Positions 1 to 13,711 of a DNA stretch of 64,000 bases are shown here, piece after piece. Below the pieces are notes generated by a model that saw nothing but the letters and a program-made list of their open reading frames with translations, searched no databases and was not told the origin of the DNA. Source of the DNA: an uncultured Gemmatimonadaceae bacterium (GTDB lineage Bacteria > Gemmatimonadota > Gemmatimonadetes > Gemmatimonadales > Gemmatimonadaceae); NCBI GenBank assembly GCA_963790305.1, contig CAWBOC010000013.1:96001-160000 (forward strand). Reading direction: 5' to 3'. Position numbers and translations under genes: made by a program. Each line of letters begins with the position of its first letter. The stretch's first letter is position 1.

Positions 1-41
1 CGCGCCGCGCCATCGCCGGGAAGAAGAAGGTGACGAAGTAA
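1..41 (+). CDS. rpsM: 30S ribosomal protein S13, 3' end only
   Basis: Hand translation [12 protein letters not shown] ending at TAA 39-41, which overlaps the rpsK ATG; canonical position upstream of rpsK. Confidence 0.85.
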   Translation, partial: RRAIAGKKKVTK

Positions 42-427
42 TGGCTACCGCAAAGGGAACCAAGAAGGCGAAGCGTATCGTCGAGGCCGAGGGCGTGGCT
101 CACGTCAACGCGACGTTCAACAATACGATCGTGACGATCACCGACTCGCACGGGAATGCGGTCGCGTGGGCGTCGTCCGGCAAGGCCGGGTTCAAGGGGT
201 CCAAGAAGTCGACGCCGTTTGCCGCCACGGTGGCGGCCGAAGCCGCCGCGCGCGAAGCGCTCGGCCTCGGTGTGAAGCGCGTGCACGTCCGCGTGCAAGG
301 TCCGGGGAGCGGACGCGAGTCGGCCATTCAGGCGCTCGCGGCTGCAGGACTCCAGATCCGGTCGATCAAGGACGTCACGCCGATTCCGCATAACGGCTGC
401 CGTCCTCCAAAGCGCCGGAGGGTCTGA
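41..427 (+). CDS. rpsK: 30S ribosomal protein S11
   Basis: [43 protein letters not shown] motifs. Confidence 0.99.
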   Translation: MATAKGTKKAKRIVEAEGVAHVNATFNNTIVTITDSHGNAVAWASSGKAGFKGSKKSTPFAATVAAEAAAREALGLGVKRVHVRVQGPGSGRESAIQALAAAGLQIRSIKDVTPIPHNGCRPPKRRRV

Positions 428-430
428 CCG

Positions 431-1066
431 ATGTCGCGTTACACTGGGCCGGTCTGCCGTCTGTGCCGTCGTGAAGGCACCAAGCTGTTTCTCAAGGGCA
501 CCAAGTGCTTCACCGAGAAGTGCCCCGTCGAGCGCCGCCCGTATGCCCCTGGGCAGCACGGTCAGAGCACGGCGCGCCGTCGCAAGTCTTCCGAGTACGC
601 CAAGCAGCTGCGCGAGAAGCAGAAGGTGAAGCGCATTTATGGCGTGAGCGAGCAGCAGTTCCGCAACACCTTCGAGCGCGTGGCGAAGCTGCCCGGCATC
701 ACCGGACACAATCTGCTCGCAGCGCTCGAGAGCCGTCTCGACAACATCGTCTACCGCATGGGCTTTGCGTCGAGCCGTAAGGCGGCGCGCCAGCTCATTC
801 GGCATCGGCACGTCGAGGTGAATCAGAAGAACGTGGACGTCCCGAGCTACCTGGTGAAGCCGGGCGAGGAGATTCGCGTCCGCATGAAGTCGCGTGAGCA
901 GGCGTCGATCCTGATGGCGATGGATCAGTCGTCGCGCGGCGCACCGCTCTCGTGGATCGCGGTGGATCGCGAGGCGTTCAGCGGCCGTATGCTCGAGCGC
1001 CCCGCGCGCGAGAACATTCCGATCGCGGCGCAGGAGCAGTTGATCGTCGAGCTGTATTCGAAGTAA
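431..1066 (+). CDS. rpsD: 30S ribosomal protein S4 (Cys-containing zinc-binding type)
   Basis: MSRYTGPVCRLCRREG, LREKQKVKRIYG, LESRLDNIVYRMGFA, QLIVELYSK. Confidence 0.99.
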   Translation: MSRYTGPVCRLCRREGTKLFLKGTKCFTEKCPVERRPYAPGQHGQSTARRRKSSEYAKQLREKQKVKRIYGVSEQQFRNTFERVAKLPGITGHNLLAALESRLDNIVYRMGFASSRKAARQLIRHRHVEVNQKNVDVPSYLVKPGEEIRVRMKSREQASILMAMDQSSRGAPLSWIAVDREAFSGRMLERPARENIPIAAQEQLIVELYSK

Positions 1067-1074
1067 GGAAGGCT

Positions 1075-1128
1075 GAATGCGGAATTCGGAATTCGGATAA
1101 GGACTTCCGCATTCCGAATTCCGCATTC
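1075..1128. repeat. Intergenic palindrome of GGAAT(G/T)C heptamers, family A copy 1
   Basis: Arm 1075-1097 gaatgcggaattcggaattcgga matches the reverse complement of 1106-1128 at 22 of 23 positions. Confidence 0.85.
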
Positions 1129-1229
1129 GGGTCAGGGACCGCGACTCCCTTACGAGCTCACCGCGCGTCGCGGGCGGGGTGAGGCGTTGCCGGGCGACAT
1201 TCCGGCATTGACCAGAGGGTCACACACAC

Positions 1230-2294
1230 ATGGCACAGACAATCGATCTTTCCGGCCTGGTTCGGCCGCAGCTCGTCGAAGCGACGAAGCGCGAGGACAA
1301 CCCGAACGTCGCCGAGTTCCGCTTGCAGCCGCTCGAGCGCGGCTTTGGGCACACACTGGGCAACGCGATGCGGCGCATGCTGCTGTCGTCGCTCCGCGGT
1401 GCAGCCGTATGGGCCTTCCGCATTGACGGGGTTCTGCACGAGCACCAGACCATTCCGGGCGTCGTCGAGGACGTGCATCAGATCATCGGCAACCTCAAGT
1501 CGCTGGTGCTGACGCTGCCCGACGATGTCGACGAGGCCGTTCTTCGAATCCAGAAGTCGGAAGCGGGTCCCGTCACCGCGGGCGATGTCGAGAGCGCCGG
1601 CGGAGCTCGTATCGTGGAGCCGGGCCACCACCTCTTCACGCTGCAGGACGATCGCGAGATCAACGTCGAGCTCTACGTGAACAAGGGGCGTGGCTACGTC
1701 GAGGCCGATCAGCATCTCCTCGATCGTGGTCTTCCGGTCGATCTCGTCCGCATCGATGCGATCTACAATCCGGTGCGCCGCGCGAACTTCGCGGTGGCCG
1801 AGACGCGCGTGGGCCAGCGAACCGACTATGATCGCCTCGTGCTGACCGTCGAGACGAATGGTACCGTGTCGCCGGAAGAGGCCGTGAGCTACGCGGCCGC
1901 GCTGGCGCAGACGCACTTCCAGTACTTCGCGAACTTCGGATCGCACTCGCCGGCGATGATCGCGGCGGGCGGTGAGCAGACGGGCGACGGCGCGCGGTTG
2001 CAGCAGCTGTTCAAGACGCCGATCGATGAGCTCGAGCTCTCCGTGCGCTCCGTGAATTCCCTCAAGAATTCGGACATTCGGACGCTGGGCGATCTGGTTC
2101 GCCAGACCGAGAGTCAGATGTTGCAGGTGAAGAATTTCGGCAAGAAGTCGCTTCAGGAGATCGCCGATCTTCTCGAGCGTGAGGGCTTGAACTTTGGCAT
2201 GCGGTACGAGGAGTCGGCGGAAGGCGTGCGTGTCGTGGATTGGGGCACACCGCCGAGCCGGGCCGCCGCGGCCGCTCCGGACGAAGAGGAGTAG
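1230..2294 (+). CDS. rpoA: RNA polymerase subunit alpha
   Basis: [22 protein letters not shown]; alpha-[15 protein letters not shown]...[11 protein letters not shown]. Confidence 0.99.
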   Translation: MAQTIDLSGLVRPQLVEATKREDNPNVAEFRLQPLERGFGHTLGNAMRRMLLSSLRGAAVWAFRIDGVLHEHQTIPGVVEDVHQIIGNLKSLVLTLPDDVDEAVLRIQKSEAGPVTAGDVESAGGARIVEPGHHLFTLQDDREINVELYVNKGRGYVEADQHLLDRGLPVDLVRIDAIYNPVRRANFAVAETRVGQRTDYDRLVLTVETNGTVSPEEAVSYAAALAQTHFQYFANFGSHSPAMIAAGGEQTGDGARLQQLFKTPIDELELSVRSVNSLKNSDIRTLGDLVRQTESQMLQVKNFGKKSLQEIADLLEREGLNFGMRYEESAEGVRVVDWGTPPSRAAAAAPDEEE

Positions 2295-2299
2295 GACAC

Positions 2300-2656
2300 A
2301 TGCGTCACCGGAAAGCAGGTCGGCAGCTCCGTCGCACCAGCGAGCAGAAGCTTGCGCTGATGCGCGGGCTGGCCACGTCGCTCATCGAGCATGAAGCGGT
2401 CGAGACGACGGAGGCGAAGGCGAAAGAGCTGCGTCCGTTCGTCGAGAAGCTGATCACGAAGGCGAAGGAGGGGACGTTGCACGCGCGGCGTCTCGCCGGC
2501 CGGCACGTGCGGAAGCGCGAAACGGCCGACAAGCTCTTTCAGGAGATCGGGCCGCGGTACGCCTCGCGGGCCGGCGGTTACACGCGCATTCTCAAGACGG
2601 GCCATCGCAAGGGCGATGGCGCGGAGATGGCGCGCATCGAGCTCATCGAGGGCTGA
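2300..2656 (+). CDS. rplQ: 50S ribosomal protein L17
   Basis: [12 protein letters not shown]...[10 protein letters not shown]...GGYTRILK...RKGDGAEMA; start moved to ATG 2300 behind an AGGA RBS. Confidence 0.98.
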   Translation: MRHRKAGRQLRRTSEQKLALMRGLATSLIEHEAVETTEAKAKELRPFVEKLITKAKEGTLHARRLAGRHVRKRETADKLFQEIGPRYASRAGGYTRILKTGHRKGDGAEMARIELIEG

Positions 2657-2659
2657 CCC

Positions 2660-2875
2660 ATGGCCAGCATGAATCGTTGCTTCACGTGCGACAAGGGTGT
2701 CGCATTCGGCAACAACGTTTCGCACGCGAACAACAAGACCCGCCGGGTGTGGAAGCCCAACCTTCAGGTGGCGCGCATCCTCATCAATGGCAAGGTCACC
2801 AAGGTCAAGGTGTGCACCAAGTGCCTGAGCGCGGGCAAGGTGAAGCGCGCACCGCGCGGCGAACGGGCGGCGTGA
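2660..2875 (+). CDS. rpmB: 50S ribosomal protein L28 (CxxC...CxxC type)
   Basis: [28 protein letters not shown]...VCTKCL. Confidence 0.97.
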   Translation: MASMNRCFTCDKGVAFGNNVSHANNKTRRVWKPNLQVARILINGKVTKVKVCTKCLSAGKVKRAPRGERAA

Positions 2876-2898
2876 TTGCCCGCTGCACGATCGTCTAG

Positions 2899-2927
2899 GA
2901 GGGAGCTGTTCGCGGCTCCCTCTTTTT
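2899..2927 (+). terminator. Rho-independent terminator of the alpha operon
   Basis: gagggagctg-TTCG-cggctccctc stem-loop followed by TTTTT. Confidence 0.9.
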
Positions 2928-2931
2928 GTAG

Positions 2932-3990
<1,059 letters not shown>

Positions 3991-3992
3991 GC

Positions 3993-4949
3993 ATGCGCGC
4001 TCTCGTCACTGGGGCAGCGGGATTCGTCGGGCAATGGGTCGGACGCGAGCTGGTCGAGCGCGGCTGGGACGTCACCGGAACCTGTCTGGAGGACGCGCCC
4101 CCCGAGGTCGCACCTAACGATCCGCTGGCGTCGGTTCGATGGCAGGCGGGTGACGTGCGGTGCGCCGAGGACGTGGCGAGGCTGCTCGATACGGCGAAGC
4201 CCGACGCGGTCGTGCACCTCGCCGGGCTCGCGTTCGTCCCGGCGGCCCAGGCGGATCCGGGCGCGGCCCTCGAGGTGAATGTCATCGCTGCCGCGCGGCT
4301 TCTGGCGGACGTGAAGGCGCGCCGGGCGTCCGGCACGCTCGACCCTGTCGTGCTGATTGTTGGCAGTGGGGAGCAGTACGGGCGGCACGAGGCCGATGCA
4401 ATGCCGTTGGCCGAGTCGGCTGAGCAGCGCCCGCATTCGGTGTATGCCGCTTCGAAGGCAGCGCAGGAATTCATCGCGCTCGAGGCGTTCCGATCCTCCG
4501 GAGTTCGCGTCGTTGCCACGCGTAGCTTCAATCATAGCGGTCCAGGCCAGGCCGACCGATTCCTGTTGCCGGCGCTGGTGGGTCGCGCCCTTGGGCTTCG
4601 CGCGAGCGGCGAACGCGGATTGCCGATCGGAAACACCACGACCGTTCGCGATTTCCTTCACGTGCGAGACGTCGCGCGCGCCTATGCCGATCTGCTGGAG
4701 CGGGGGCAGTCCGGTGACGTGTACAACGTCGCGAGCGGGACCGGCGTGGATGTCGGGACGCTCGCCAAGCGCGTGCTTGCTCTGGTGGGCGTCAATGCGA
4801 TATTGAACACCGACGCTGCGCTGGTGCGACCCGTCGAGGTGCCGGTCCTCATAGGGGACGCCACCAAGCTGCGACGCGCGACCGGATGGTCGCCCCGATT
4901 GACTCTCGACTCCATCATCAACGATCTGATCCGTGCCGCGGCGAGCTGA
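3993..4949 (+). CDS. rmd: GDP-4-keto-6-deoxy-D-mannose reductase (Rmd-like SDR)
   Basis: [38 protein letters not shown]; directly follows gmd. Confidence 0.8.
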   Translation: MRALVTGAAGFVGQWVGRELVERGWDVTGTCLEDAPPEVAPNDPLASVRWQAGDVRCAEDVARLLDTAKPDAVVHLAGLAFVPAAQADPGAALEVNVIAAARLLADVKARRASGTLDPVVLIVGSGEQYGRHEADAMPLAESAEQRPHSVYAASKAAQEFIALEAFRSSGVRVVATRSFNHSGPGQADRFLLPALVGRALGLRASGERGLPIGNTTTVRDFLHVRDVARAYADLLERGQSGDVYNVASGTGVDVGTLAKRVLALVGVNAILNTDAALVRPVEVPVLIGDATKLRRATGWSPRLTLDSIINDLIRAAAS

Positions 4950-7900
4950 CCTGCACCGCATCATGCTGATCGGCTCCGGGCCGATCATCATCGGCCAGGC
5001 GGCCGAATTCGACTATTCCGGGACGCAAGCGGCGAAAGCGCTTCGCGAAGAAGGCTACCAGGTCATTCTCGTGAACTCGAATCCCGCGACCATCATGACC
5101 GATCCCGAGTTCGCTCACCGGACGTATGTCGAACCGGTGACGCCGGAGATCGTCGAGATGATCATCGAGCGCGAGCGCCCGGATGCCCTCCTGCCGACCA
5201 TGGGAGGCCAGACGGCGCTCAACGTGGCCATGGCCCTCGCTGAACGGGGCGTTCTCGAGAAGTACGGCGTGGAGCTCATCGGCGCCGACGCTCGCGCAAT
5301 CAAGCTGGCCGAGGATCGGGAGCAGTTCGCGGAAACGATTCGGCGAATCGGCCTCAAGGTGCCGATCGGAGGCATCGCCCGCTCCTGGGAGGACGCGGTC
5401 GGTCTCATTGATCGCGTTGGCTTTCCGGCGATCATCCGACCGTCCTTCACGCTCGGTGGCACGGGCGGGGGTATCGCCTACAATCGTGAGGAATACGAGG
5501 CGATTGTCGAGCGCGGTCTCGAGCTCTCGCCGACGCACCAGGTGCTGATCGAGCAAAGCGTGATCGGGTGGAAGGAATTCGAGCTCGAGGTCATGCGCGA
5601 TCACGCCGACAACGTCGTGATCGTCTGCTCGATCGAGAACATCGACCCCATGGGGGTTCACACCGGCGATTCGATCACGGTGGCGCCGGCCATGACCCTC
5701 ACCGATCGCGAGTACCAGAACATGCGCGACGCCGCCGTCGCCATCATTCGCGAGATCGGCGTCGATGCCGGCGGGTGCAACATTCAGTTCGCGGTGAACC
5801 CGCCGTGATGGCGAGATGCTCGTCATCGAGATGAACCCGCGGGTCTCGCGATCGTCGGCGCTGGCGTCGAAGGCGACGGGCTTTCCCATCGCGCGCATCG
5901 GGACAAAGCTGGCCGTGGGGTATCGGCTCGACGAGCTCGTCAACGACATCACCAGGACGACGCCGGCGTCGTTCGAGCCGGTGCTGGATTACGTGGTCGT
6001 GAAGTTCCCGCGTTTCGCGTTCGAGAAGTTTGCCGCCGCCGATCCACGCCTCACGACGCAGATGAAATCTGTCGGCGAATCGATGGCGATCGGGCGCACG
6101 TTCAAGGAGGCGTTTCAGAAGGGTCTTCGCGCGCTGGAGACCGGCCGGTCGGGATGGACGATCGGCCAGACGCTCGCTCGACGACCGACTCGCGGACGAC
6201 ACCATGGAGACGCTTCGCGGCGCACTTCGCCAGCCGACGCCGGAGCGCATCTTCCAGGTCAAGCACGGATTCGCGCGAGGCATGAGCGTCGATGAGATCG
6301 CGTCGCTCACCGCCATCGATCCCTGGTTCGTCGCGCAGATGAACGAGCTTTGGGAAGCGGAGGGGTGGTACGCTGCGCTCCCGTCGGTAGGCGCCGACGA
6401 GATGCGCCGGATGAAGCGCATGGGATTCTCTGATCGACAGCTCGCGGCGATTCGCGACGAGCCGGAGAGCGACGTCCGCCGGCATCGGTGGGCGCTTGGC
6501 GTGCGCCCCGCCTACAAAATGGTCGATACGTGCGCCGGCGAGTTTCCGTCGGCGACGCCATATCTCTACTCGAGCTATGACGAGGAAAGCGAGGCGGAGC
6601 CCAGCGGCCGGCGCTCGGTGGTCATCCTGGGGAGCGGTCCGAACCGGATTGGGCAGGGAGTCGAGTTCGACTATTGCTGCGTGCGGGCGGCGCTCGCGCT
6701 CCGCGAGGCGGGCTATGAGACGATCATGGTCAACTCGAATCCTGAGACCGTCTCGACGGACTTCGACATCTCCGACAAGCTGTACTTCGAGCCGCTCACC
6801 CTCGAGGATGTGCTCGAGATCGTGGAGCGCGAGAAGCCGTTAGGCGTGATCGTCCAGCTCGGCGGTCAGACGCCACTCAAACTCACGCGACCACTGGAGG
6901 CGGCCGGGGTGAACATCCTCGGCACGACGCCGGACGCGATCGACATCGCCGAGGATCGGCGGCGCTTCGAGGCCATTGCGCGCAAGCTCGGCGTGCTTCA
7001 GCCACCCAATGGCACCGCCACCAGCGTCGATGAGGCGGTCGAGGTCGCGGCACGGGTTGGATATCCGGTGTTGGTGCGGCCGTCGTACGTTCTCGGCGGT
7101 CGCGCCATGGAGATCGTGTACGACGAGCCCTCGCTTCGCGAGTACTTCGTGCGTGCGGTGCGCGTCTCCGAGGATCGACCGGTGCTCGTCGATCGCTTCC
7201 TCGAGGATGCCTTCGAGGCCGACGTCGATGCGATCTCCGATGGCAAGCGCGTGGTGATCGGCGGCATCATGCAGCATATCGAGGAGGCCGGTATCCACTC
7301 CGGTGATTCGGCGTGCGTGCTGCCGCCGTACCTCATCGGGGAAAAGGATCTGGAGACAATGCGGCGGCATACCGTCTCCTTTGCGGAGGCGCTGGGCGTC
7401 GTGGGCCTGATCAACGTGCAGTACGCGATCAAGGATCGCGTCGTGTACGTGATCGAGGTCAACCCGCGCGCGAGCCGCACGATCCCGTTCATCTCGAAGG
7501 CGACCGGCGTCCCTCTCGCGTCGGCGGCCGCGCGCGTGATGCTCGGGGAAACGCTCGAGGCTGCCGGCGTTACCGAGGAGATCGTGCCGCCGTACATCTC
7601 GGTGAAGGAGGCGGTGCTGCCCTTCAGCAAGTTCCGCGAATCAGACCCGATCCTGGGACCCGGAGATGCGGTCGACCGGCGAGGTCATGGGCATCGCCGA
7701 CTCGTTTGGCGCGGCCTACGCGAAGGCGCAGATGGGCGCGGACAACACCCTGCCGACATCGGGCGCGATCCTCATCACGGTGAACGACCCGGACAAGCCG
7801 ACGGTGACGCCCATTGCACGACGCATTCACGCGATGGGATTTCGCATTCTCGCGACACCGGGAACGGCGACCTATCTGCGCGCGCGCGGCATCCCGGCCG

Positions 7901-8181
7901 ATACGGTCATGAAGCTTCACGAGGGTCGCCCGAACGCGATCGACTTCATCGTGAACGGCGAAGTCCATCTCCTCATCAACACCCCGCTCGGCAAGCATGC
8001 CCAGCAGGACGACTACACGATGCGTCAGGCGGCGGTCGCTCACCGTGTGCCGTACACGACGACCATGTCGGCGGCGAACGCGGCGTGCGACGCGATTCTC
8101 GCGCTTCGATTCCGCTCGCTCAGCGTGAATTCGCTGCAGGAGTGGCACGAGCAGACGAGGAAGTTCGAAGGGGTGCGATGA
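4933..8181 (+). CDS. carB: Carbamoyl-phosphate synthase large subunit (four ORF pieces, three frameshifts)
   Basis: [69 protein letters not shown] and MGS domain across ORFs 4933-5808, 5816-, 6204-, 7666-8181. Confidence 0.95.
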
Positions 8182-8222
8182 GTGTCTTTGCCGTTGAACA
8201 CCGAACCCGTTAGCGGTACGAG

Positions 8223-9339
8223 ATGCCCGTTCCACTCTTGGATCTGAAGGCGCAGCACGCGCTGATCAGGAACGATGTCGTCGCCGAAATGCTTCGCGTC
8301 GTCGACGAGCAGGGGTTCATCCTCGGTCCGGCGGTCGAGCGCTTCGAGCGGGCGGTCGCCGAGCTGTCGCGCGTGAAGCACGCCATTGGATGCGCCAGCG
8401 GAACCGACGCGCTGCTGCTCGCCTTTCGCGCGCTCGACATCGGCGCGGGCGACGAGGTCATCACCGACGCCATTCACCTTCTTCGCGACGGCGGGCACCA
8501 TCCATAACGTCGGCGCGACGCCGGTGTTCGCCGATATCGAGCCGGAGACGTTCAATCTGGACCCCGCGCTCGCCGCCGTCGTCGTGACCTCGAGGACCAA
8601 GGCGGTGGTGCCCGTCGACCTCTTCGGCCAGATGGCGGAGATCGAGCGGTTCTCGGAGCTGATGCCGAGGATTCCGATCGTCGAGGATGCGGCGCAGTCG
8701 ATTGGCGCCCGTCGCAAGATTGGCGGACGGCCGGTCATGGCCGGCGAGGCGGCGGCAATCGGGACGCTGTCGTTCTTCCCGACGAAGAACCTTGGCGGTT
8801 ACGGCGACGGCGGGATGATGGTGACCCAGGACGACGGGATCGCCACCCGTCTGCGCAGGCTCCGCGTTCATGGCGGTGCGCGCGAGTACTTCCACGACGA
8901 GGTCGGGTACAACAGCCGCCTCGACACGATCCAGGCTGCCGTTCTGCTCGCCAAGCTTCCCCACCTCGAGCGATGGAGCAGCAAGCGGCGCGAACATGCC
9001 CGGTTTTACGACCAGGCGCTCGCCGCGTGATACCGGGTGTCCAGACCCCCGTCGTCCGCGCCGAGAACGAGTCGATCTTCAACCAGTACACCATTCGCGC
9101 GGAGCGACGCGACGAACTGGCCGCTCATCTCAAGAAGAAGGGCATCGGGACGAAGGTCTATTACCCCTTGCCGCTGCACCTCCAGCCCTGCTTTTCACAT
9201 CTCGAACTACAAAGCGGGGGCCTTCCCGGAGTCGGAACGGGCGGCCGCCGAGGTGATCTCACTGCCTATTTTCCCGGAGCTCACCCCGGGGCAGCTCGAT
9301 GAGACGGCGTCCGCGATTCGCTCGTTTTATGGCCGCTAA
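8223..9339 (+). CDS. DegT/DnrJ/EryC1/StrS PLP-dependent sugar aminotransferase (frameshifted)
   Basis: VPLLDLKAQ, ASGTDALLLA, IVEDAAQSIGA, SFFPTKNLGGYGDGGM, GYNSRLDTIQAA, YYPLPLHLQP, SLPIFPEL across four frames. Confidence 0.92.
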
Positions 9340-11338
9340 CCGCCGCGATGGCCAAGTCGTGAAGGGCGCGGAACTTGCTCTTTCCGACACGCCCAGCCGC
9401 GATGAGTCTGAAGACTCCAGTGACGATACGCTCGTGATCAATTTGCTCTTTCGGTACCGCACGGTACTGATTGTCAGTTTTCATTTCGTTCTCCTCCTTT
9501 TCAGCTACTGGATCGCATATGTCCTGCGGTTCGAGGGGTTCGTTCCTCGGCCGTACGTCGACGCGTTCATCCAGTCGCTTCCCATCCTGCTCGGCTGCCG
9601 CCTGCTCGCCTTTGCGCATTACGGCCTGTACCGCGGCTGGTGGCGCTACGTCGGCATGCGCGATCTGTACAACCTGATCCAGGCGGTGGTGGTCAGCTCG
9701 CTGGTGTTCACGGCCGCGTTGCTGTTCGTTGGCGGAGAGGCAACGGTGCCTCGCTCGGTGATCGTGCTCGACGCGTTGCTCTCGATCGTGCTCATCGGAG
9801 GCGTGCGCTTCGCTCTGCGAGCGGTGCGCGAGAACCGGAGGCCGAAGCAAGGACCGCGTCTGCGCCGCGTGATGATCATCGGCGCGGGCGACGCGGGCGA
9901 GCTCCTCCTCCGCGAGATGCACAACAATCCGCGGCTTGGGTACGTCCCGGTCGGTTTCGTCGACGACGATCAGCGCAAGATCGGCTTCCAGATCCATGGC
10001 GTCGACGTGCTCGGCACGTCGTCGGAGCTCCTCGAGGTGCTGCAACAGCATCCGGCGGACGAGCTGATCATCGCGATTCCATCGGCGTCGCGCGAAGAGA
10101 TCCAGGACATCGTCAACCGGTGCCTCAAGTCGACGCTCCCGTTCAAGATCATCCCGGCGATCGCCGCGCTGTCGGATGGCAAGGTCCACATGAGTCAGGT
10201 GCGGCCGGTGCGCGTCGAGGATCTTCTCGGTCGGGAAGAGGTGAACCTCGACACCACGCGGATCCGCGCCGACATTGCCGGACGGCGAGTGCTGATCACG
10301 GGGGCTGGCGGCTCGATCGGGTCCGAGCTCGCGCGGCAGGTGGCGAGCTACGGCCCGGCCATGCTGACGCTCGTCGAGCGCAGCGAGAACTCGCTCTTCC
10401 TCATCGATGAGGAGCTGCGCCGGAAGTCGCGCGGGCTCCCCGTCCATCCGGTGATCTGCGACATTCGGGATCGCCGCGACCTCGAGCTCCTGTTCAGCGA
10501 CACCCGTCCTGACATCGTGTACCACGCGGCCGCGTTCAAGCACGTGCCGATCATGGAATGGCACGTGGGCCAGGCGGTGGAGAACAACGTGTTCGGCACG
10601 CATAACGTGGCCGAGCTCGGCGGCGCAGGCGGGCGCGAAGCTGGTACTGATCTCGACCGACAAGGCCGTTGCGCCGAGCAACGTCATGGGGGCGACCAAG
10701 CGCCTGGCGGAAAAGATCGTGCTCTGTGCCCAGCGCCGTGGCAACGCGCGCTTCGTCGCCGTGCGCTTCGGCAACGTGTTAGGCAGCGACGGCTCGGTGG
10801 TGCCGCTGTTCACGCGCCAGATCAACGACGGCGGACCGATTACGGTCACGCATCCGGATGCCACGCGTTACTTCATGACGATCCCGGAGGCGGTGCAGCT
10901 CGTGCTGCAGGCCTCGGTGCTCGATGAAGCGGCGGACCGCATCGTCATGCTCGAGATGGGCGAGCCGGTGCAGGATCGTGGACCTGGCGCGCAACCTGAT
11001 TCGCCTCTCGGGCTTCGAGCCCGATGTCGACATCCCGATCGTGTTCACCGGGACTGCGCCCCGGCGAAAAGGTGCACGAACAGCTGACATCGGAGACGGA
11101 AGAGACGCTGCCGACGCGCTACGAGAAGATTCGAATCGTGCGCACGGAGGGTCCGGAAGCGCTCGATCGCGGCCTCGAGCAGTTGCGGGCCGCGGTCGAG
11201 TCACGCGATGAGAAGGCGATCGTTCGCCGGCTGCAGGAGCTGGTGCCGGAGTTCTCGCCGCAGGCGACGCTGTTGGCGAACCTGCGTGAGCGCGCGATCT
11301 CGCCCGATCCGCGCGCGCGAAGCCGATCCGCTGGGTGA
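9329..11338 (+). CDS. Membrane-bound nucleotide-sugar 4,6-dehydratase (PglF/WbpM/CapD family, frameshifted)
   Basis: N-terminal TM helices, [70 protein letters not shown]. Confidence 0.92.
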
Positions 11339-13033
11339 TGCGCTTCCGGTCACGACTCGTCGCACTCGCCCTCGCCGCCTCACCTCTCGCCTCCGCGTCC
11401 GCCCAGCACGACCTCTTCACGCTGCCGATCGCCGACCCGGCGTATCGGCAGTTCGAGGGCTTGTCGCGCACGGGATGCGTTGCGGCGCGGGTGTCGCCGT
11501 ACCGGCCCTACCTCCTGAGCGCGATTCGAAGAGCGCTCGTCTCCGCGGTCCGCGACGAGGCCTGCCGCGGCGGCGATTCTCGACGAGCTCGTCCGGCGCT
11601 TCCGGCCGGACACGACCTCCCCGCGCCCATTCCCGAGCCGGGCGCCGTCCCTCCCGTAGGCCCGGTGATGCTCGAGGACATTGCCGAGCAAGCCGGAGGA
11701 GGAAGAGCCGACCGGGCTCGGCGTAGGCGCCGAGGCGGGCGTGCGTCTCACGTCGCTCAGTCGCGGCGTGGTACGCCCGCTCTGGCTCGACGTTCGCGCG
11801 ACGATCGCCGAAGGCGACCCCTCCGGCGGTCGGATTTCGGCACGGCTGCGGGTGACCTGGGACGGCGGCGACCGCATCGCGGCCGTGGCCGAGGCGACCG
11901 CGCAGACGGACGGGACGGAACGACCCGCTCGTGCGCGCTCGGAGCCTTCCGGCACGACGTCCGGGGTGTTCGACTTCACGGAAGCGTACGTCAACGCGCG
12001 GCTCGGGCGGGTGGCGCTCTCCTTTGGGCGGGCGCGAGAGGCGTGGCTGGGAGAGGGGGAGGAATCGACCGTGCTGTCCGGCGCATGGCCCGCCGCTCGA
12101 CCGCTTCCTCGTCACGGCACGATGGTCGCGTCTAGAGATCCGCGCCATCTTCGCCTCCATCGACGATGTCGTGCTCACCGTCGAGGAGGATTCGCTGGTG
12201 CCGGGAACGCCGCCGCAGCGGCTGCACCGGATGCTCGCGGGGCATGCGTTCACGATTCGTCCCACGCGAGGCTGGGAGCTGACGCTCGGGGAGACGGCGC
12301 TGCTGTCGCGGCGAGGTGGGGGCGTCGACCTCGCCTTCGCCAATCCGCTCATGCTATATCTCGTGACCGAGCACGACACGAGCTACACGGGCGGTTCGGC
12401 GACCGGGAACAATCTGACGGTTTTCGGGTCGACACGGCTGCAGCGGGGGCGGGTTCACGGCCGAGGCCGAGATCGTCGTCGACGACATTCAGATCGACGC
12501 GGCCGACCGCGCGAGGATTCCCCACCAGCTCGCCTGGCGGCTGTCGGGGACAATGGGGTTTACGGCGCCGTGGCCGGCGAGCATCGGGGTCGAGTATCGG
12601 CGCGCGGACAGCTACGCCTACATGCGGCGGTATTACTCCGAGGTGTATCACCAGTTCGGACGGCCCTGGGCACGGAGCTCGGCCCGGACGCGAACATGGT
12701 GCGCGCGTCGGCCGAGGTATGGCCGACCGGGCCGCGTCCGATTCGCGGGGGGCGTAGGTCGCTGGAACCGGGGCGCCCTACGGCTCACGCAACGACCAGC
12801 GCAGGCGGCGTTTGGCCACGCCGGCGAGCCGTATCCGTCGGTGAGCGAGGACCGACCGGCGGTCCAGGAGGCGTGGCTAGGTGACGCGAGTGTGGAGTGG
12901 CTCGACACGACGGCTGCCGGTGCGGCTGACGGTCGAGCTGGCGAGCATCGACAACGTGAACAATCAGCCCGGCGAGTCCGGGAATTTTCTGCGAGCGCAT
13001 CTTGTTGCGAGCTATCGTTTTCGGTATCCGTAA
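11335..13033 (+). CDS. wzi: Capsule assembly Wzi-family outer-membrane protein (several frameshifts)
   Basis: Signal peptide; EAYVNARLGRVALSFGR, AGHAFTIRP..GWELTLGET, NPLMLY, EIVVDDIQID, LGTELGPDA; C-terminal aromatic strand YRFRYP*; lies directly upstream of wza. Confidence 0.7.
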
Positions 13034-13704
13034 GGTGGTGCTGGCCGGGGCGTTGTTCCCCGCGGTGGCCGTCGCGCAGGACACTGTGCGCGTCGCCGTT
13101 CCGCCCGTCGATACGACGGCGACGCAAAGCGGTGTCGAGCGTAGCGTCGGCGTTCTTCGTCCCGGGCGACGGTCTGAAGATCGCCGTCTGGGGCGAGAAG
13201 GACCTGAGCGGCGAGTACCTGATCGATGCCCGCGGGCTCGTGCAGATTCCGGGGCTCGGGGACATTGTCGTTGCCGGGTTGACCCCCATGGAGGTGAAAG
13301 CCCGCCTGAGCGAGCAGCTCGTGCGGCGCGGCATCGTCGCGCCGGAGATTTCGGTCCAGCCGGTGATTCGCGTCTCGGTGCTCGGGAGAGGTCCGGAGCC
13401 CGGGGTTGCTCTCGGTGGAGCCGGGCACCAACCTCATTCACCTGATCACGCTGGCGGGTGGGCCCAACCGAGCGCGCGAACATGAAGGCGGTTCGCGTGA
13501 TTCGCGCCGGGCGGCCGTACGAGGTCGATCTTCAGAGCGCGCTTGAGCGGGAGCTCGGCGGGGCGCGTCGTGCTGTTCTCGAACGACGTCGTTTTCCTCG
13601 ACCGGAAGCGGGGGTTGACCCGCGAGAATCTGTCGTTCGGCATGAACATGTTGACCGCCGTGCTGAGCATCGTCAGCGTGGTGACGGTCGTTCAGAACCG
13701 CTGA
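13002..13704 (+). CDS. wza: Polysaccharide export protein (Wza/SLBB family, frameshifted)
   Basis: PGDGLKIAVWGEKDLSGEYLIDARGLVQIPGLGDIVVAGLT, RVSVLG, LAGGPT; start uncertain (13002 or 13035). Confidence 0.85.
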
Positions 13705-13711
13705 GGTACGC

